From Candidatus Omnitrophota bacterium (GTDB taxonomy: Bacteria; Ratteibacteria; UBA8468; B48-G9; JAFGKM01): a stretch of 64,000 bases of DNA. Position 1 is the stretch's first letter. The number at the start of each line of letters is the position of its first letter. Location: the NCBI GenBank assembly GCA_023819375.1, contig JAMWDI010000001.1, positions 107,685 to 171,684 of the forward strand, in the 5' to 3' direction. The position numbers and the translations under genes are program-made. A model generated the notes under the pieces. That model saw only the letters and a list, made by a program, of their open reading frames with translations. It was not told where the DNA came from and made no database searches. Shown piece by piece: positions 26,881-36,011 of this stretch.

Positions 26881-27947
26881 GCATTATAAATATCAATGAT
26901 ATTCTTAAATTCGCTGTTGAAAAAAAAGCATCAGATATTCATATTCTTGCAAAGTTAAGACCTCACATAAGAATAAATGGAGAATTGCAACCAACTCCCT
27001 TTCCAGTTTTATCAAATGAAGAATGTAAAAACCTTGTTTATTCTATTTTAAATGAGGAGCAAATAAAAATATTTGAAAAAACAAAAGAACTTGATTTTTC
27101 TTATGGAATAGAAGGTATTGGGAGATTTAGAATAAATTTGCATTACCAGAGAGGAACTATAGGAATAGCAATAAGACCGATAAAGGATACAATTCCAACT
27201 TTTGAAGAACTTGGGCTTCCTTCCGATGTTATAATAAAAATGCTATCAAATCCTTATGGATTGATTCTAATTTGTGGACCAACAGGAAGTGGCAAGTCAA
27301 CTACTCTTGCCTCAATGATAGAATATTTAAACGAAACAAAACCACTTCACATAATTACAATTGAAGATCCCATAGAATATCTTTTTAAATACAAAAAATC
27401 TATAGTAGAACAAAGAGAACTCGGACAGGACACATATTCCTTTGCAGAGGCATTAAAAAGAGTTTTAAGGCAAGATCCAGATGTTGTTTTAATTGGAGAA
27501 ATGAGAGATAAAGAAACAATTGAATCTGCTTTGAGAATAGCAGAAACAGGACATCTCGTTCTTTCTACCTTACACACAGGAGAAGTTGTTCAAGCAATGG
27601 GAAGAATTGTAAATGTTTTTCCGGGTGAGCAACAATTAACAATAAGAACACAACTTTCACTTGTGCTAATAGGTGTAATTGTTCAACAATTAATTCCGCG
27701 GAAAGATGGAAAAGGCAGAGTTCTTGCAACTGAAATTATGGTTGTAACACCAGCAATTAGGAGTTTAATCAGGGAAGGGAATTTTGCTCAGATTTATTCA
27801 CAAATTCAACTTGGAGGAGAATATGGAATGAAAACAATGAATTCTTCTTTAATTTCACTTTATAAAAAGGGTTTAATTTCTAAGGAAGACATGATAAGTA
27901 GAAGTCCGAATATAAAAGAGTTAAAATTATTGTTAGGAGAAAAATAA
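26877..27947 (+). CDS. pilT: Type IV pilus retraction ATPase PilT
   Basis: 356 aa. Walker A GPTGSGKST, TIEDPIEY, GEMRD, HLVLSTLHT motifs. ATGA overlap with pilB. Confidence 0.9.
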   Translation: MSIININDILKFAVEKKASDIHILAKLRPHIRINGELQPTPFPVLSNEECKNLVYSILNEEQIKIFEKTKELDFSYGIEGIGRFRINLHYQRGTIGIAIRPIKDTIPTFEELGLPSDVIIKMLSNPYGLILICGPTGSGKSTTLASMIEYLNETKPLHIITIEDPIEYLFKYKKSIVEQRELGQDTYSFAEALKRVLRQDPDVVLIGEMRDKETIESALRIAETGHLVLSTLHTGEVVQAMGRIVNVFPGEQQLTIRTQLSLVLIGVIVQQLIPRKDGKGRVLATEIMVVTPAIRSLIREGNFAQIYSQIQLGGEYGMKTMNSSLISLYKKGLISKEDMISRSPNIKELKLLLGEK

Positions 27948-29173
27948 TGGCAAAATATTTCTATATTGCAAGGGATATTTCAGGTAGTAAGAAAGAAGGT
28001 ATTATTGATGGAGATTCAACAAGTAAAGTTATTTCTCTTTTAAGAAATCAAAATTTATATCCTGTTGAAATAAAATTAATTGGAGAAAAAGGCCTTGATG
28101 AAATTATAACAAAAGAAGAAAAAATAAGTAAAAAAGGAAGGGTATTATTAGGAGAACTAGCAATTTTTTCAAGACAACTTGCCGTTATGCTTGATGCTGG
28201 AGTTCCAATAATAGATGCTATTTCAGACCTTAAAGAGCAAACAAGCAATAGATATTTTGCTTACATTCTTGAGAATATAAAAAAAGATATTCAAACAGGA
28301 AAAAGTTTTTCAAGTGCAATAAGTAAATATCCTAAAATCTTCTCTCCTTTATATGTTGCTCTTGTTAAAAGTGGCGAAGAAAGTGGCAATCTTGTAGGAG
28401 TAATGTCAGAACTTTCATCTTATATAGAAGATCAAATTATTTTATTAAGAAAATTAAGACAGGCTTTAAGTTATCCAACTGTAATTTTTATATTTTTTAT
28501 TGGTGTAATTTCTTTTGTTTTCTTGTTTTTAATACCTAAATTTCAATCAATTTTTTCAAGTTTTGGAGCAAAACTTCCAGGATTAACCTTGTTTATTTTT
28601 AAAATAAGTGGTTTATTTTTAAAGTTTTTACCAATTTTTATTTTTTTCCTTTTCTTTCTTGGAGTTTTTTTATACTTTTATAAAAATACTAAAATTGGAA
28701 GGAAACAAATAGATACTGTCAAATTAAAATTTCCTTTTCTTGGAAAACTTATGTTGAAAATTTCTCTTGCAAGATTTTCAAGTTCGCTTGCCACTCTTCT
28801 TGCAGGAGGAATAAGTATAACAAATGCTCTTGAAATAGTCGCAAAAGTCAGTGGTAACGTTATAATTGAAAATATTATAAACAAAGTAAAAAAAGGAATT
28901 ATTGAAGGAAGGGTATTAAATGAAGAATTAAAAAAACATAAAATTTTCCCATCAATTTTAATCCGAATGGTTCGTGTGGGAGAAGAAACAGGAAAATTGG
29001 AAGAAATGTTGCTCAGAGTTTCAAGATTTTTTAAAGACGAGGTTGACGCTACTATTAATATTCTTACCACCATAATTGAACCAATTTTAATAATAGGACT
29101 TGGTATTGTTGTAGGTATTGTGGTTCTTGCAATTTACTTGCCTATATTTAAACTTGCAGGAACTTTAAGATAA
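27947..29173 (+). CDS. pilC: Type IV pilus inner-membrane platform protein PilC (GspF family)
   Basis: 408 aa. Duplicated GspF domains, three TM segments, conserved EETG motif. Confidence 0.85.
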   Translation: MAKYFYIARDISGSKKEGIIDGDSTSKVISLLRNQNLYPVEIKLIGEKGLDEIITKEEKISKKGRVLLGELAIFSRQLAVMLDAGVPIIDAISDLKEQTSNRYFAYILENIKKDIQTGKSFSSAISKYPKIFSPLYVALVKSGEESGNLVGVMSELSSYIEDQIILLRKLRQALSYPTVIFIFFIGVISFVFLFLIPKFQSIFSSFGAKLPGLTLFIFKISGLFLKFLPIFIFFLFFLGVFLYFYKNTKIGRKQIDTVKLKFPFLGKLMLKISLARFSSSLATLLAGGISITNALEIVAKVSGNVIIENIINKVKKGIIEGRVLNEELKKHKIFPSILIRMVRVGEETGKLEEMLLRVSRFFKDEVDATINILTTIIEPILIIGLGIVVGIVVLAIYLPIFKLAGTLR

Positions 29174-29182
29174 GTGTATAAT
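29154..29182 (+). promoter_or_regulatory. Putative promoter for the pilin genes (TTGCAG, 17 nt, TATAAT)
   Basis: TTGCAG at 29154-29159 inside the pilC 3' end, TATAAT at 29177-29182, AGGAGGTG Shine-Dalgarno at 29201-29208 before the ATG at 29214. Confidence 0.4.
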
Positions 29183-29213
29183 AAAAATATAAAAGAAGAA
29201 AGGAGGTGAAAGA

Positions 29214-29588
29214 ATGAAAAAAAATAAAAAGAAAGGTTTTACTTTGATTGAATTGATGACAGTGGTAATTATTGTTGGAATTTTAGCGTCAGTTGCTGTT
29301 CCTCTTTATAGAGGACAAGTCAAAAGAGCAATGGCAGCAGAAGGAGCAGCATTACTTGGTTCTGTAAGAACTGCTGAAAGAGTCTATTATGCTGAACATG
29401 GAAAATATACAGATGATAAAACAAAACTGGGGATAGATACAACTGGAAACAAATATTTTAAAGATTATACGATTACACTTACAGGTGGAGGCACTGGATT
29501 TATCGCAACAACAACTGGAGAAGGAGATGCTGCAGGAATTACTGTATCCATTGACCAGGATGGAAATTTAACTTATTCTGGAATTTAA
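29214..29588 (+). CDS. pilA: Type IV major pilin (copy 1)
   Basis: 124 aa. Leader MKKNKKKG then FTLIELMTVVIIVGILA (class III signal, Glu at +5); small Gly/Thr-rich C-terminal domain. Confidence 0.85.
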   Translation: MKKNKKKGFTLIELMTVVIIVGILASVAVPLYRGQVKRAMAAEGAALLGSVRTAERVYYAEHGKYTDDKTKLGIDTTGNKYFKDYTITLTGGGTGFIATTTGEGDAAGITVSIDQDGNLTYSGI

Positions 29589-29608
29589 ATTAAAGGGAGG
29601 GACAAAAA

Positions 29609-29983
29609 ATGAAAAAAAACAAAAAGAAAGGTTTTACTTTAATTGAGTTGATGACAGTGGTAATTATTGTTGGAATTCTTGCTGCTATTGCTGTTCCTCT
29701 TTATAGAAGCAATGTCAAAAGAGCAATGGCAGCAGAAGGAGCAGCATTACTTGGTTCTGTAAGAACTGCTGAAAGAGTCTATTATGCTGAACATGGAAAA
29801 TATACAGATGATAAAACAAAACTGGCAGTAGATACAAGTGGAAACAAATATTTTAAAGATTATACGATTACACTTACAGGTGGAGGCACTGGATTTGTCG
29901 CAACAACAACTGGAGAAGGAGATGCTGCAGGAATTACTGTATCCATTGACCAGGATGGAAATTTAACTTATTCTGGAATTTAG
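29609..29983 (+). CDS. pilA: Type IV major pilin (copy 2, tandem paralogue)
   Basis: 124 aa, same architecture as copy 1, own AGGGAGGG Shine-Dalgarno, TAG stop instead of TAA. Confidence 0.85.
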   Translation: MKKNKKKGFTLIELMTVVIIVGILAAIAVPLYRSNVKRAMAAEGAALLGSVRTAERVYYAEHGKYTDDKTKLAVDTSGNKYFKDYTITLTGGGTGFVATTTGEGDAAGITVSIDQDGNLTYSGI

Positions 29984-29993
29984 AAATAAAAAT

Positions 29994-30911
29994 ATGATTT
30001 TAAAAACATGTATTGATTTTAATGAGAAATTTATTAAGATCATTGAAGGTTTTGAAAAAAAATCAAATTTATATATAACAAATATTGGAAAAATTGAAAG
30101 CCCTATTGAAGATCTAAAAAAAATAACAAGTGAAGATGTTGAAATTTTAGGGAATTTTTTAATAGATTATTTCAAAAAAAATAAATTTAAAGGGAAATTT
30201 GGAATATTTACAGTAAATGATGTTGATACAATTTATCATTATTTTGAATTACCTAATCTACCCGAAAATGAAATTGAAAATGCAATAAAATATGAAGGTG
30301 TTCAGTTAATACCAGATTTTATTGAAAATTATGAATATGATTATATTTCCTTTCATATAAACAATAAAAGAAATATTACACTTATTGCCTACCCTAAAAA
30401 TAAAGTTGATTTATACTGTCAAATATTAACAAAAGTAAAGTTGAAACCAATTATAATGGATGTTGCAGGAATTGCACTTTTAAATAGTTTTTTATATTTC
30501 AATCAAACTAAAGATATTGTTTGTTTTCTCAACTTTGGTTTTTCAATTACAAATTGTGTTATTTATTTAAAAGATAAATTTCTGTTCCTCAGAGATATTC
30601 CTGTTGGATTAAAAAACTTAAAAGATAAAGAGTTAATAGAGGAACAGATAAATGAGTTAAGCGAAGAAATAAATATTTCTATAAAATATTTCCAGAATAA
30701 AGTTGGTATTCCTGTTAAAAAAATTTATCTTACAGGATTGGAAAACCAAATTCCTGAAATTAAAGAAAAAATTGAAAGAAATTTAGAACTTCTATGTGAA
30801 TATTATAATCCATTTTTTTATCTTCCAGAAAACGCAATACTTTCTGAGATAAAAAAAGAAGGATCATTTTATTCTACGTGTTTTGGATTATTAACACGAA
30901 AAATAATATGA
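29994..30911 (+). CDS. pilM: Type IV pilus assembly protein PilM-like (actin-fold)
   Basis: 305 aa, position and sequence pattern consistent with PilM; ATGA overlap with the following gene. Confidence 0.6.
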   Translation: MILKTCIDFNEKFIKIIEGFEKKSNLYITNIGKIESPIEDLKKITSEDVEILGNFLIDYFKKNKFKGKFGIFTVNDVDTIYHYFELPNLPENEIENAIKYEGVQLIPDFIENYEYDYISFHINNKRNITLIAYPKNKVDLYCQILTKVKLKPIIMDVAGIALLNSFLYFNQTKDIVCFLNFGFSITNCVIYLKDKFLFLRDIPVGLKNLKDKELIEEQINELSEEINISIKYFQNKVGIPVKKIYLTGLENQIPEIKEKIERNLELLCEYYNPFFYLPENAILSEIKKEGSFYSTCFGLLTRKII

Positions 30912-31498
30912 TTGAAATAAATATTTTGAAAAAGAGATGGGAAAAATATAGAAAAAAATTTTTAATTGTTAAAATAGTTATTTATTATTTTGCAGGTTTA
31001 ATTTTAATTTTTTTCTTATGTTCGGTCATATTTTTTTCAAATAAATTTATAATAAATGGCATTAAAAAAGAAATTAAAACTCTCGAAAACAAAATAGCGG
31101 CAGAAAAAAATCTCATTGAAAACATAAAAGAAATTAATGCAAAATTACAGACTCTTTGTAAAAAATGCTCTTTATATGAAGATGAATATAAAAATAGGTT
31201 ATTATGGAGTAAAAATTTAGCGGTAATTTCTGAATCAGTACCATCTGGTATGTGGATAAGTAAACTTTCCTACCAAAGGGCATTCTCTGAAAGCGAAAAG
31301 AATATTACAATTATTGTTGAAGGCTTTATTTCTCCTTATTATATCAAACCAGAAAAAGGTTGTTTAATTTTTATCAATAATTTAAAAGCAAATGGAAAGA
31401 ATCTTTTTGACAAAGTATTACTTAGTGAAATAACAAAAGGATTAAAAGAAGATAATGAGGTTTATTATTTTAAATTTGAAATTAAGGTAAAAAAATGA
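30908..31498 (+). CDS. pilN: Type IV pilus assembly protein PilN-like
   Basis: Start placed at ATG 30908 (MIEINILKKR), overlapping the pilM stop. Single N-terminal TM helix then coiled-coil/periplasmic domain. Confidence 0.5.
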   Translation: MIEINILKKRWEKYRKKFLIVKIVIYYFAGLILIFFLCSVIFFSNKFIINGIKKEIKTLENKIAAEKNLIENIKEINAKLQTLCKKCSLYEDEYKNRLLWSKNLAVISESVPSGMWISKLSYQRAFSESEKNITIIVEGFISPYYIKPEKGCLIFINNLKANGKNLFDKVLLSEITKGLKEDNEVYYFKFEIKVKK

Positions 31499-32025
31499 AA
31501 GGATCACCAACTTTTATTAAAAAATGGGTTTTATGGATAATTTTAAGTTATGTTTTTTTTATAAGCCTATTTTTGGTTTTTGTTTTTATTCCTCAAAGAA
31601 ATCAAATTTTCAAATATAAAACCGAGAAAAATTTACTTGAATATAATTATTTAAAATTAAAAAATAATCCACAATTTTTACGATCAATAAAAGATTTAGT
31701 TGAAATTGCAGAAAATAAAATTTACAATTTTGAGTGGTTTACTTTTTATGACGATCCCAATATTGCTCTATATGATTATTTAGAAAATCTATCCTCACAA
31801 GCAGGAATTGAAATTATTTCCATAAAAGGCATTCCAGATAAAAATGAGTTATATTATCTCTGGGAAGTAAAATTACAAGGAGATTTCAAAAATTTTGTCT
31901 CTTTTGTTTATCTTATTGAAACTGGAAAAAAATATTTGAAAATTGAAGAAATAGAAATTATTTCAGGAGAAAAAGGCGAAAGTTTTTATAATTTAAAACT
32001 TGCAGGGCTGAGAGGAATAAAATAA
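31495..32025 (+). CDS. pilO: Type IV pilus assembly protein PilO-like
   Basis: 176 aa, single N-terminal TM helix, ATGA overlap with pilN, conserved position in the pilMNOPQ order. Confidence 0.5.
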   Translation: MKGSPTFIKKWVLWIILSYVFFISLFLVFVFIPQRNQIFKYKTEKNLLEYNYLKLKNNPQFLRSIKDLVEIAENKIYNFEWFTFYDDPNIALYDYLENLSSQAGIEIISIKGIPDKNELYYLWEVKLQGDFKNFVSFVYLIETGKKYLKIEEIEIISGEKGESFYNLKLAGLRGIK

Positions 32026-32029
32026 AAAA

Positions 32030-32539
32030 ATGGAGAGAAAAAAACTAACTTTACTTGTTTTAACTATAGTTTTAATACTTCTTTGGGCATGGCAATTAAA
32101 ACCAAAAAAGAAGAAAATAAATATTGAACCTATAATTGAAGAAAAAGAAATTATTGCTGGAATTAATTTAAGAGAAATAGAAGAAAATTTTTCAGAAATA
32201 AAGAAAAAAATAGTTGAAATTGAAAATATTAATAAAGCCAACATTGGAAAGATTACAATTCAAAAAAATCCATTGAAACCCTGGATTTTAAGAAAAGAAT
32301 CTCTAACAAAAGAGGAGAAAGAACCTGAAAAACCCAATTTTAAAATATCTGGAATTGTTCAAGGTAGCAAAAAATCTTATGTAATAATTGATAATGAAGT
32401 AAAAGAAGAAGGAGAAACAATTGGAAATTTTATAATTTTTAAAATCTACCCCGAAAAAGTTATTTTGAAAGATATGACTGGAAATTTTTTTACCTTAAAT
32501 TTTGAATTTGAACAAGGAGGAAACAATGAAAAACAGTAA
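32030..32539 (+). CDS. PilP-like pilus assembly protein
   Basis: 169 aa, N-terminal hydrophobic anchor, C-terminal beta-rich region (FKISGIVQGSKKSYVIIDNE). Positioned before the secretin. Confidence 0.4.
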   Translation: MERKKLTLLVLTIVLILLWAWQLKPKKKKINIEPIIEEKEIIAGINLREIEENFSEIKKKIVEIENINKANIGKITIQKNPLKPWILRKESLTKEEKEPEKPNFKISGIVQGSKKSYVIIDNEVKEEGETIGNFIIFKIYPEKVILKDMTGNFFTLNFEFEQGGNNEKQ

Positions 32540-33848
32540 GAAATTAACCCTTTTTATTCTTTTTTTATTGATAGGAATCCTTTGTTATTGTGAAGAAAAA
32601 TTAACAATTACTTTTTATCAAACAAAACTTGCTCATGTTTTACAGATATTGAGTAAAAAAACAGGTATAAAAATAATAACAAGTAGTGAATTAGGAGAAA
32701 AACCAATAAGTGCATATCTGGAAAATGTAACAGGAGAAGAAGCAATTGATTCTATATTAAAAGCAAATGGATTATATAAAGAAAAACTTCCAGATAGTGA
32801 TGTTTATATAGTTAAGGAATTTAAAGAAACGCCAAAATTAATATCTGAAGTTATATTTTTACAATATTCAAAAGCAGAAGATCTCGGAAAAGTTTTGACA
32901 CCACTGTTAAGTAAAAATGGGAAAATAATAATTGATACAAGAACAAATAGTTTAACAATTCAAGATACAGAAGAAAATTTGAATGATTTGAAAAGAGTTA
33001 TAAGTTTACTTGACAGAAGTATTCCCTGTGTCCAGATTGAAGCGGTTTTAGTTGAATTGACAGAAGACGGGCTTAAAGATCTTGGAATTAAATGGAATGT
33101 TGAAGCCACTTTGACAGGAGGGGCAAAAGATGTAACTTTTCCATGGATGGGACCTTCTTTAGAACATGAAATTGTGAATCCAAGACAAGGCACAATAACT
33201 GGACAAGGAGCTGTCGTTTCTACTGGACCTCAATTTATTCTTGGTACTTTATCTTTTCAAGCACTTACTGCTACTTTAAAATTACTTGAGGTTAAAGGAG
33301 AGGCAAACATTCTTGCAAATCCAAGAGTGACGACTTTAAATGATACACCTGCAACAATAAAAATAACAAAAAATATGGCAGTTGCTGAAAAAGTCATTTA
33401 CACATATGCAACAGCAGGAACAATGGCTCCTACTACAAAAGAACCAATTTTTGCTGAAGTAGGTGTGACATTAATTGCAACACCTCATGTAAATGAAAAA
33501 GGAGATATAATTTTAGAAGTTGAACCAACAGTTTCTTCAGCAGAAAGATCGCCATTTTTTGCTGAAGCAGTTGACACAAATATAAGAACTGCAAAAACAA
33601 AAGTTAAAGTAAAAGATGGAGAAACAATTGTAATAGGAGGACTTTTAAGAACAGAAAAGACCAAAAACAGCACAAAAGTTCCAATCCTTGGGGATATTTT
33701 TCCTTTCCTTTTTAAAAACAAAACACAAACAAATAAAAAAACAGATCTTGTAATATTCTTAACTCCAAAAATAATAACGGAAAAAGAGTTAAAAGAAATA
33801 GTGGAAAAAGAGAAACAAAGATTTGAAGAGAAAGATGAAAAAAAATAG
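32526..33848 (+). CDS. pilQ: Type IV pilus secretin PilQ
   Basis: Start placed at ATG 32526 (MKNSKK) with GGAGG upstream. Secretin C-domain motifs (GETIVIGGL, VPILGDIFPFLF, LVIFLTPKII). Confidence 0.85.
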   Translation: MKNSKKLTLFILFLLIGILCYCEEKLTITFYQTKLAHVLQILSKKTGIKIITSSELGEKPISAYLENVTGEEAIDSILKANGLYKEKLPDSDVYIVKEFKETPKLISEVIFLQYSKAEDLGKVLTPLLSKNGKIIIDTRTNSLTIQDTEENLNDLKRVISLLDRSIPCVQIEAVLVELTEDGLKDLGIKWNVEATLTGGAKDVTFPWMGPSLEHEIVNPRQGTITGQGAVVSTGPQFILGTLSFQALTATLKLLEVKGEANILANPRVTTLNDTPATIKITKNMAVAEKVIYTYATAGTMAPTTKEPIFAEVGVTLIATPHVNEKGDIILEVEPTVSSAERSPFFAEAVDTNIRTAKTKVKVKDGETIVIGGLLRTEKTKNSTKVPILGDIFPFLFKNKTQTNKKTDLVIFLTPKIITEKELKEIVEKEKQRFEEKDEKK

Positions 33849-34227
33849 TGGATATTCACTTGTTGAAATTTTAGTTTCAATTTTAATTTTAACAATAGGA
33901 ATTTTTGGAACCCTTTATTATTTTTTTTACAGTCAAACAAATTTAAACTTAGAAAGGCACAGAAGAACAGCATTGCAAATTGCTCATTCAAGAATTGAAT
34001 TCCTTAGAACTGTAAATTATAATAATCTTATGGATTATGTTGAAAATGGGGTAGAAGTTGATATAGATGAAATTAAAGGAAGAAGATTTACAATAATTGA
34101 AGATATTAATGATCCTGAAGATGCAGATACTAATCCTGATTATAAAAAAATAACAGTTAAAGTTGTCTGGTATGAAAATAAAAGAAATAATGAAGTAGTT
34201 TTACGAACTTTAATAGCGCCATGGTAA
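33823..34227 (+). CDS. Minor pilin / pseudopilin (prepilin-type N-terminal methylation domain)
   Basis: 134 aa with G-YSLVEILVSILILTIGIFG class III signal. Confidence 0.6.
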   Translation: MKRKMKKNSGYSLVEILVSILILTIGIFGTLYYFFYSQTNLNLERHRRTALQIAHSRIEFLRTVNYNNLMDYVENGVEVDIDEIKGRRFTIIEDINDPEDADTNPDYKKITVKVVWYENKRNNEVVLRTLIAPW

Positions 34228-34469
34228 AAAAAAGTGGATTAACTATTATTGAAATGATTGTTGCATTAGTAAGTGGAATTGTTATTATCTTAACTGTTGG
34301 ATATATTCTTTATTATAGTAATAAAACATATAGAAGAGAAGAGAAAATTATGGAATTAAAAAGAGAAGCAGTGTTTGGTGTCAGATTTATAGAAAGGAAA
34401 ATAAGAGAAAAGAAACCAGAACAAATTGAAATTCAGGAATCAGGAAGAAAATTAATTATTAAAAAATAA
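34221..34469 (+). CDS. Minor pilin-like protein (prepilin-type N-terminus)
   Basis: 82 aa with G-LTIIEMIVALVSGIVII class III signal. Confidence 0.5.
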   Translation: MVKKSGLTIIEMIVALVSGIVIILTVGYILYYSNKTYRREEKIMELKREAVFGVRFIERKIREKKPEQIEIQESGRKLIIKK

Positions 34470-34473
34470 AATA

Positions 34474-34502
34474 TTGACAAAATAATTTCAGTAGGGTATT
34501 AT
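34474..34502 (+). promoter_or_regulatory. Internal consensus promoter (TTGACA, 17 nt, TATTAT) within the pilus locus
   Basis: TTGACA at 34474-34479, TATTAT at 34497-34502, AGGGGGAA Shine-Dalgarno at 34511-34518, TTG start at 34521. Confidence 0.5.
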
Positions 34503-34520
34503 TTTTAAAAAGGGGGAAAT

Positions 34521-35009
34521 TTGAAAAAAAGTTATTTATTTTTAACTGAAATATTATTACTTACTTTTATACTTGCAGGATGTGAATGTGGTCCTGGAAT
34601 ACCAGAAGAACCAATTGATAGACCTGAACCAGAATTACCACCACCTTCTCCACCTACTCCACCACCTTCTACTACTCAAGATGAATATTTCCAACTTGAA
34701 GGGAATAATCTTGTTTATTTTGATGGAAAAAATAAATATTATTTAATAAAAGGAAAAGTTGAAAGTGTAAAATTTGAAAAAGTAAAAGGAGATGGGAATT
34801 CTTATTATATAAGTGTAAATTTAAAACTAAAGGATGGACAAATAATAACCAATCTGGATTCAATAATTGCCTTAAGGAACATAAACAGAACTGTAAATTC
34901 GGGAACATCTTCAGGTGGTTCAGTTGATCCAGGTGGAGGTACTTCTCCACCACCTAATTTTGAACCAATAGAACCACCAGAAGTTGGCCCAGTAATACCA
35001 CCATATTAA
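34521..35009 (+). CDS. Lipoprotein with proline-rich linker (pilus-locus associated)
   Basis: 162 aa, TTG start. Lipobox LAGC, Pro-rich tracts (PPPSPPTPPPS; C-terminal PPPNFEPIEPPEVGPVIPP). Confidence 0.5.
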   Translation: MKKSYLFLTEILLLTFILAGCECGPGIPEEPIDRPEPELPPPSPPTPPPSTTQDEYFQLEGNNLVYFDGKNKYYLIKGKVESVKFEKVKGDGNSYYISVNLKLKDGQIITNLDSIIALRNINRTVNSGTSSGGSVDPGGGTSPPPNFEPIEPPEVGPVIPPY

Positions 35010-35010
35010 A

Positions 35011-36009
35011 ATGAAAAAAGGGATTGCTTTAATTTCAGTAGTAATGATTGTTATGATACTTACATTAATGGGTCTTGCTTTTTTGAATATGTCTGGTCTT
35101 GAAAATATATTATCTAAAAGACAAAATTTTTATTTAAAAGCCCTTAATATTGCAGAAGCAGGACTTGAAAGAGCCTTGTGGAAATTAACGAAACAGCCTA
35201 ATTGGAGAAGTGGATGGAATAACATTTCTTTTGATGATGGGTATTATAAAGTAACTCTATCAGATCAATCAGATGGAACAATCTTAATAATTTCTACTGG
35301 ATATTGTAAAAATATAAGTAAGACAGTAAAAGCAACTGTAAGAGTTTCGTCTTCCTCATCTTCTCCTTCGATATCTTTTACATTAGGAACATCTTTGGGT
35401 AATCTTGGAGATTTTCCAGGATCTTATGGAGACATAGGACAAAGTTTTACAACTGGCTCATCTCAAATAAAGGTTGCAAGAGTGGAAATGCAAATAAAAA
35501 AGGACAACCCAAACGTAAGTGATATTTATATGACTATAAGAAGTGGAAGCACAGTTGGTCAAATTTTAGGAACAAGCAATATAATACCAAATTCTCAAAT
35601 TCCTTCTGGAAATGCTTTATGGATTTCTTTTAATTTTGATCCCCCTGTTTTACTTCAACCAAATACAAAATATTATTTAAGATTATCTTCAATTCCGCCT
35701 TCTACAAATCCATATTCAGGAGCACAAGGTAAGATACACCTTGTCTATGCAAATCCTTCATATAGAAGAGTTGGAGGAGGACATACGAGTAGTGATATAG
35801 GAGATGGATTACCAAGTTATGATGAACCTGGTTTTGTTGAAGTAAGTCCGTATGTATATGGTGAAGCATATAGATATATAGGAAGAAACAATAATCCATC
35901 ATATCCAGGTGAAGTTTTAAATCATGATTTTAATTTCAGGATTTTTAGTACTTCAAGTGGAAGCGTAAACATAATAAACTGGACTGAAGAACCATACAAT
36001 AATTTTTAA
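35011..36009 (+). CDS. PilX-like minor pilin / pilus-associated protein
   Basis: 332 aa. N-terminal PilX_N-like hydrophobic segment (GIALISVVMIVMILTLMGLAFL), Ser-rich tract. Confidence 0.5.
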   Translation: MKKGIALISVVMIVMILTLMGLAFLNMSGLENILSKRQNFYLKALNIAEAGLERALWKLTKQPNWRSGWNNISFDDGYYKVTLSDQSDGTILIISTGYCKNISKTVKATVRVSSSSSSPSISFTLGTSLGNLGDFPGSYGDIGQSFTTGSSQIKVARVEMQIKKDNPNVSDIYMTIRSGSTVGQILGTSNIIPNSQIPSGNALWISFNFDPPVLLQPNTKYYLRLSSIPPSTNPYSGAQGKIHLVYANPSYRRVGGGHTSSDIGDGLPSYDEPGFVEVSPYVYGEAYRYIGRNNNPSYPGEVLNHDFNFRIFSTSSGSVNIINWTEEPYNNF

Positions 36010-36011
36010 TT

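Larger units (their letters stand above)
29214..29983. repeat. Tandem duplication of the pilin gene unit (period about 395 bp)
   Basis: 29214-29588 and 29609-29983 align end to end with only scattered nucleotide differences; the proteins differ at 8 of 124 residues. Confidence 0.8.

Noticed and set aside
33485-33991. 168-aa minus-strand ORF overlapping the pilQ 3' end and the minor pilin start
   Set aside because: Antisense to two supported genes with a low-complexity Phe/Leu/Ser-rich product. The sense strand has clear secretin motifs.
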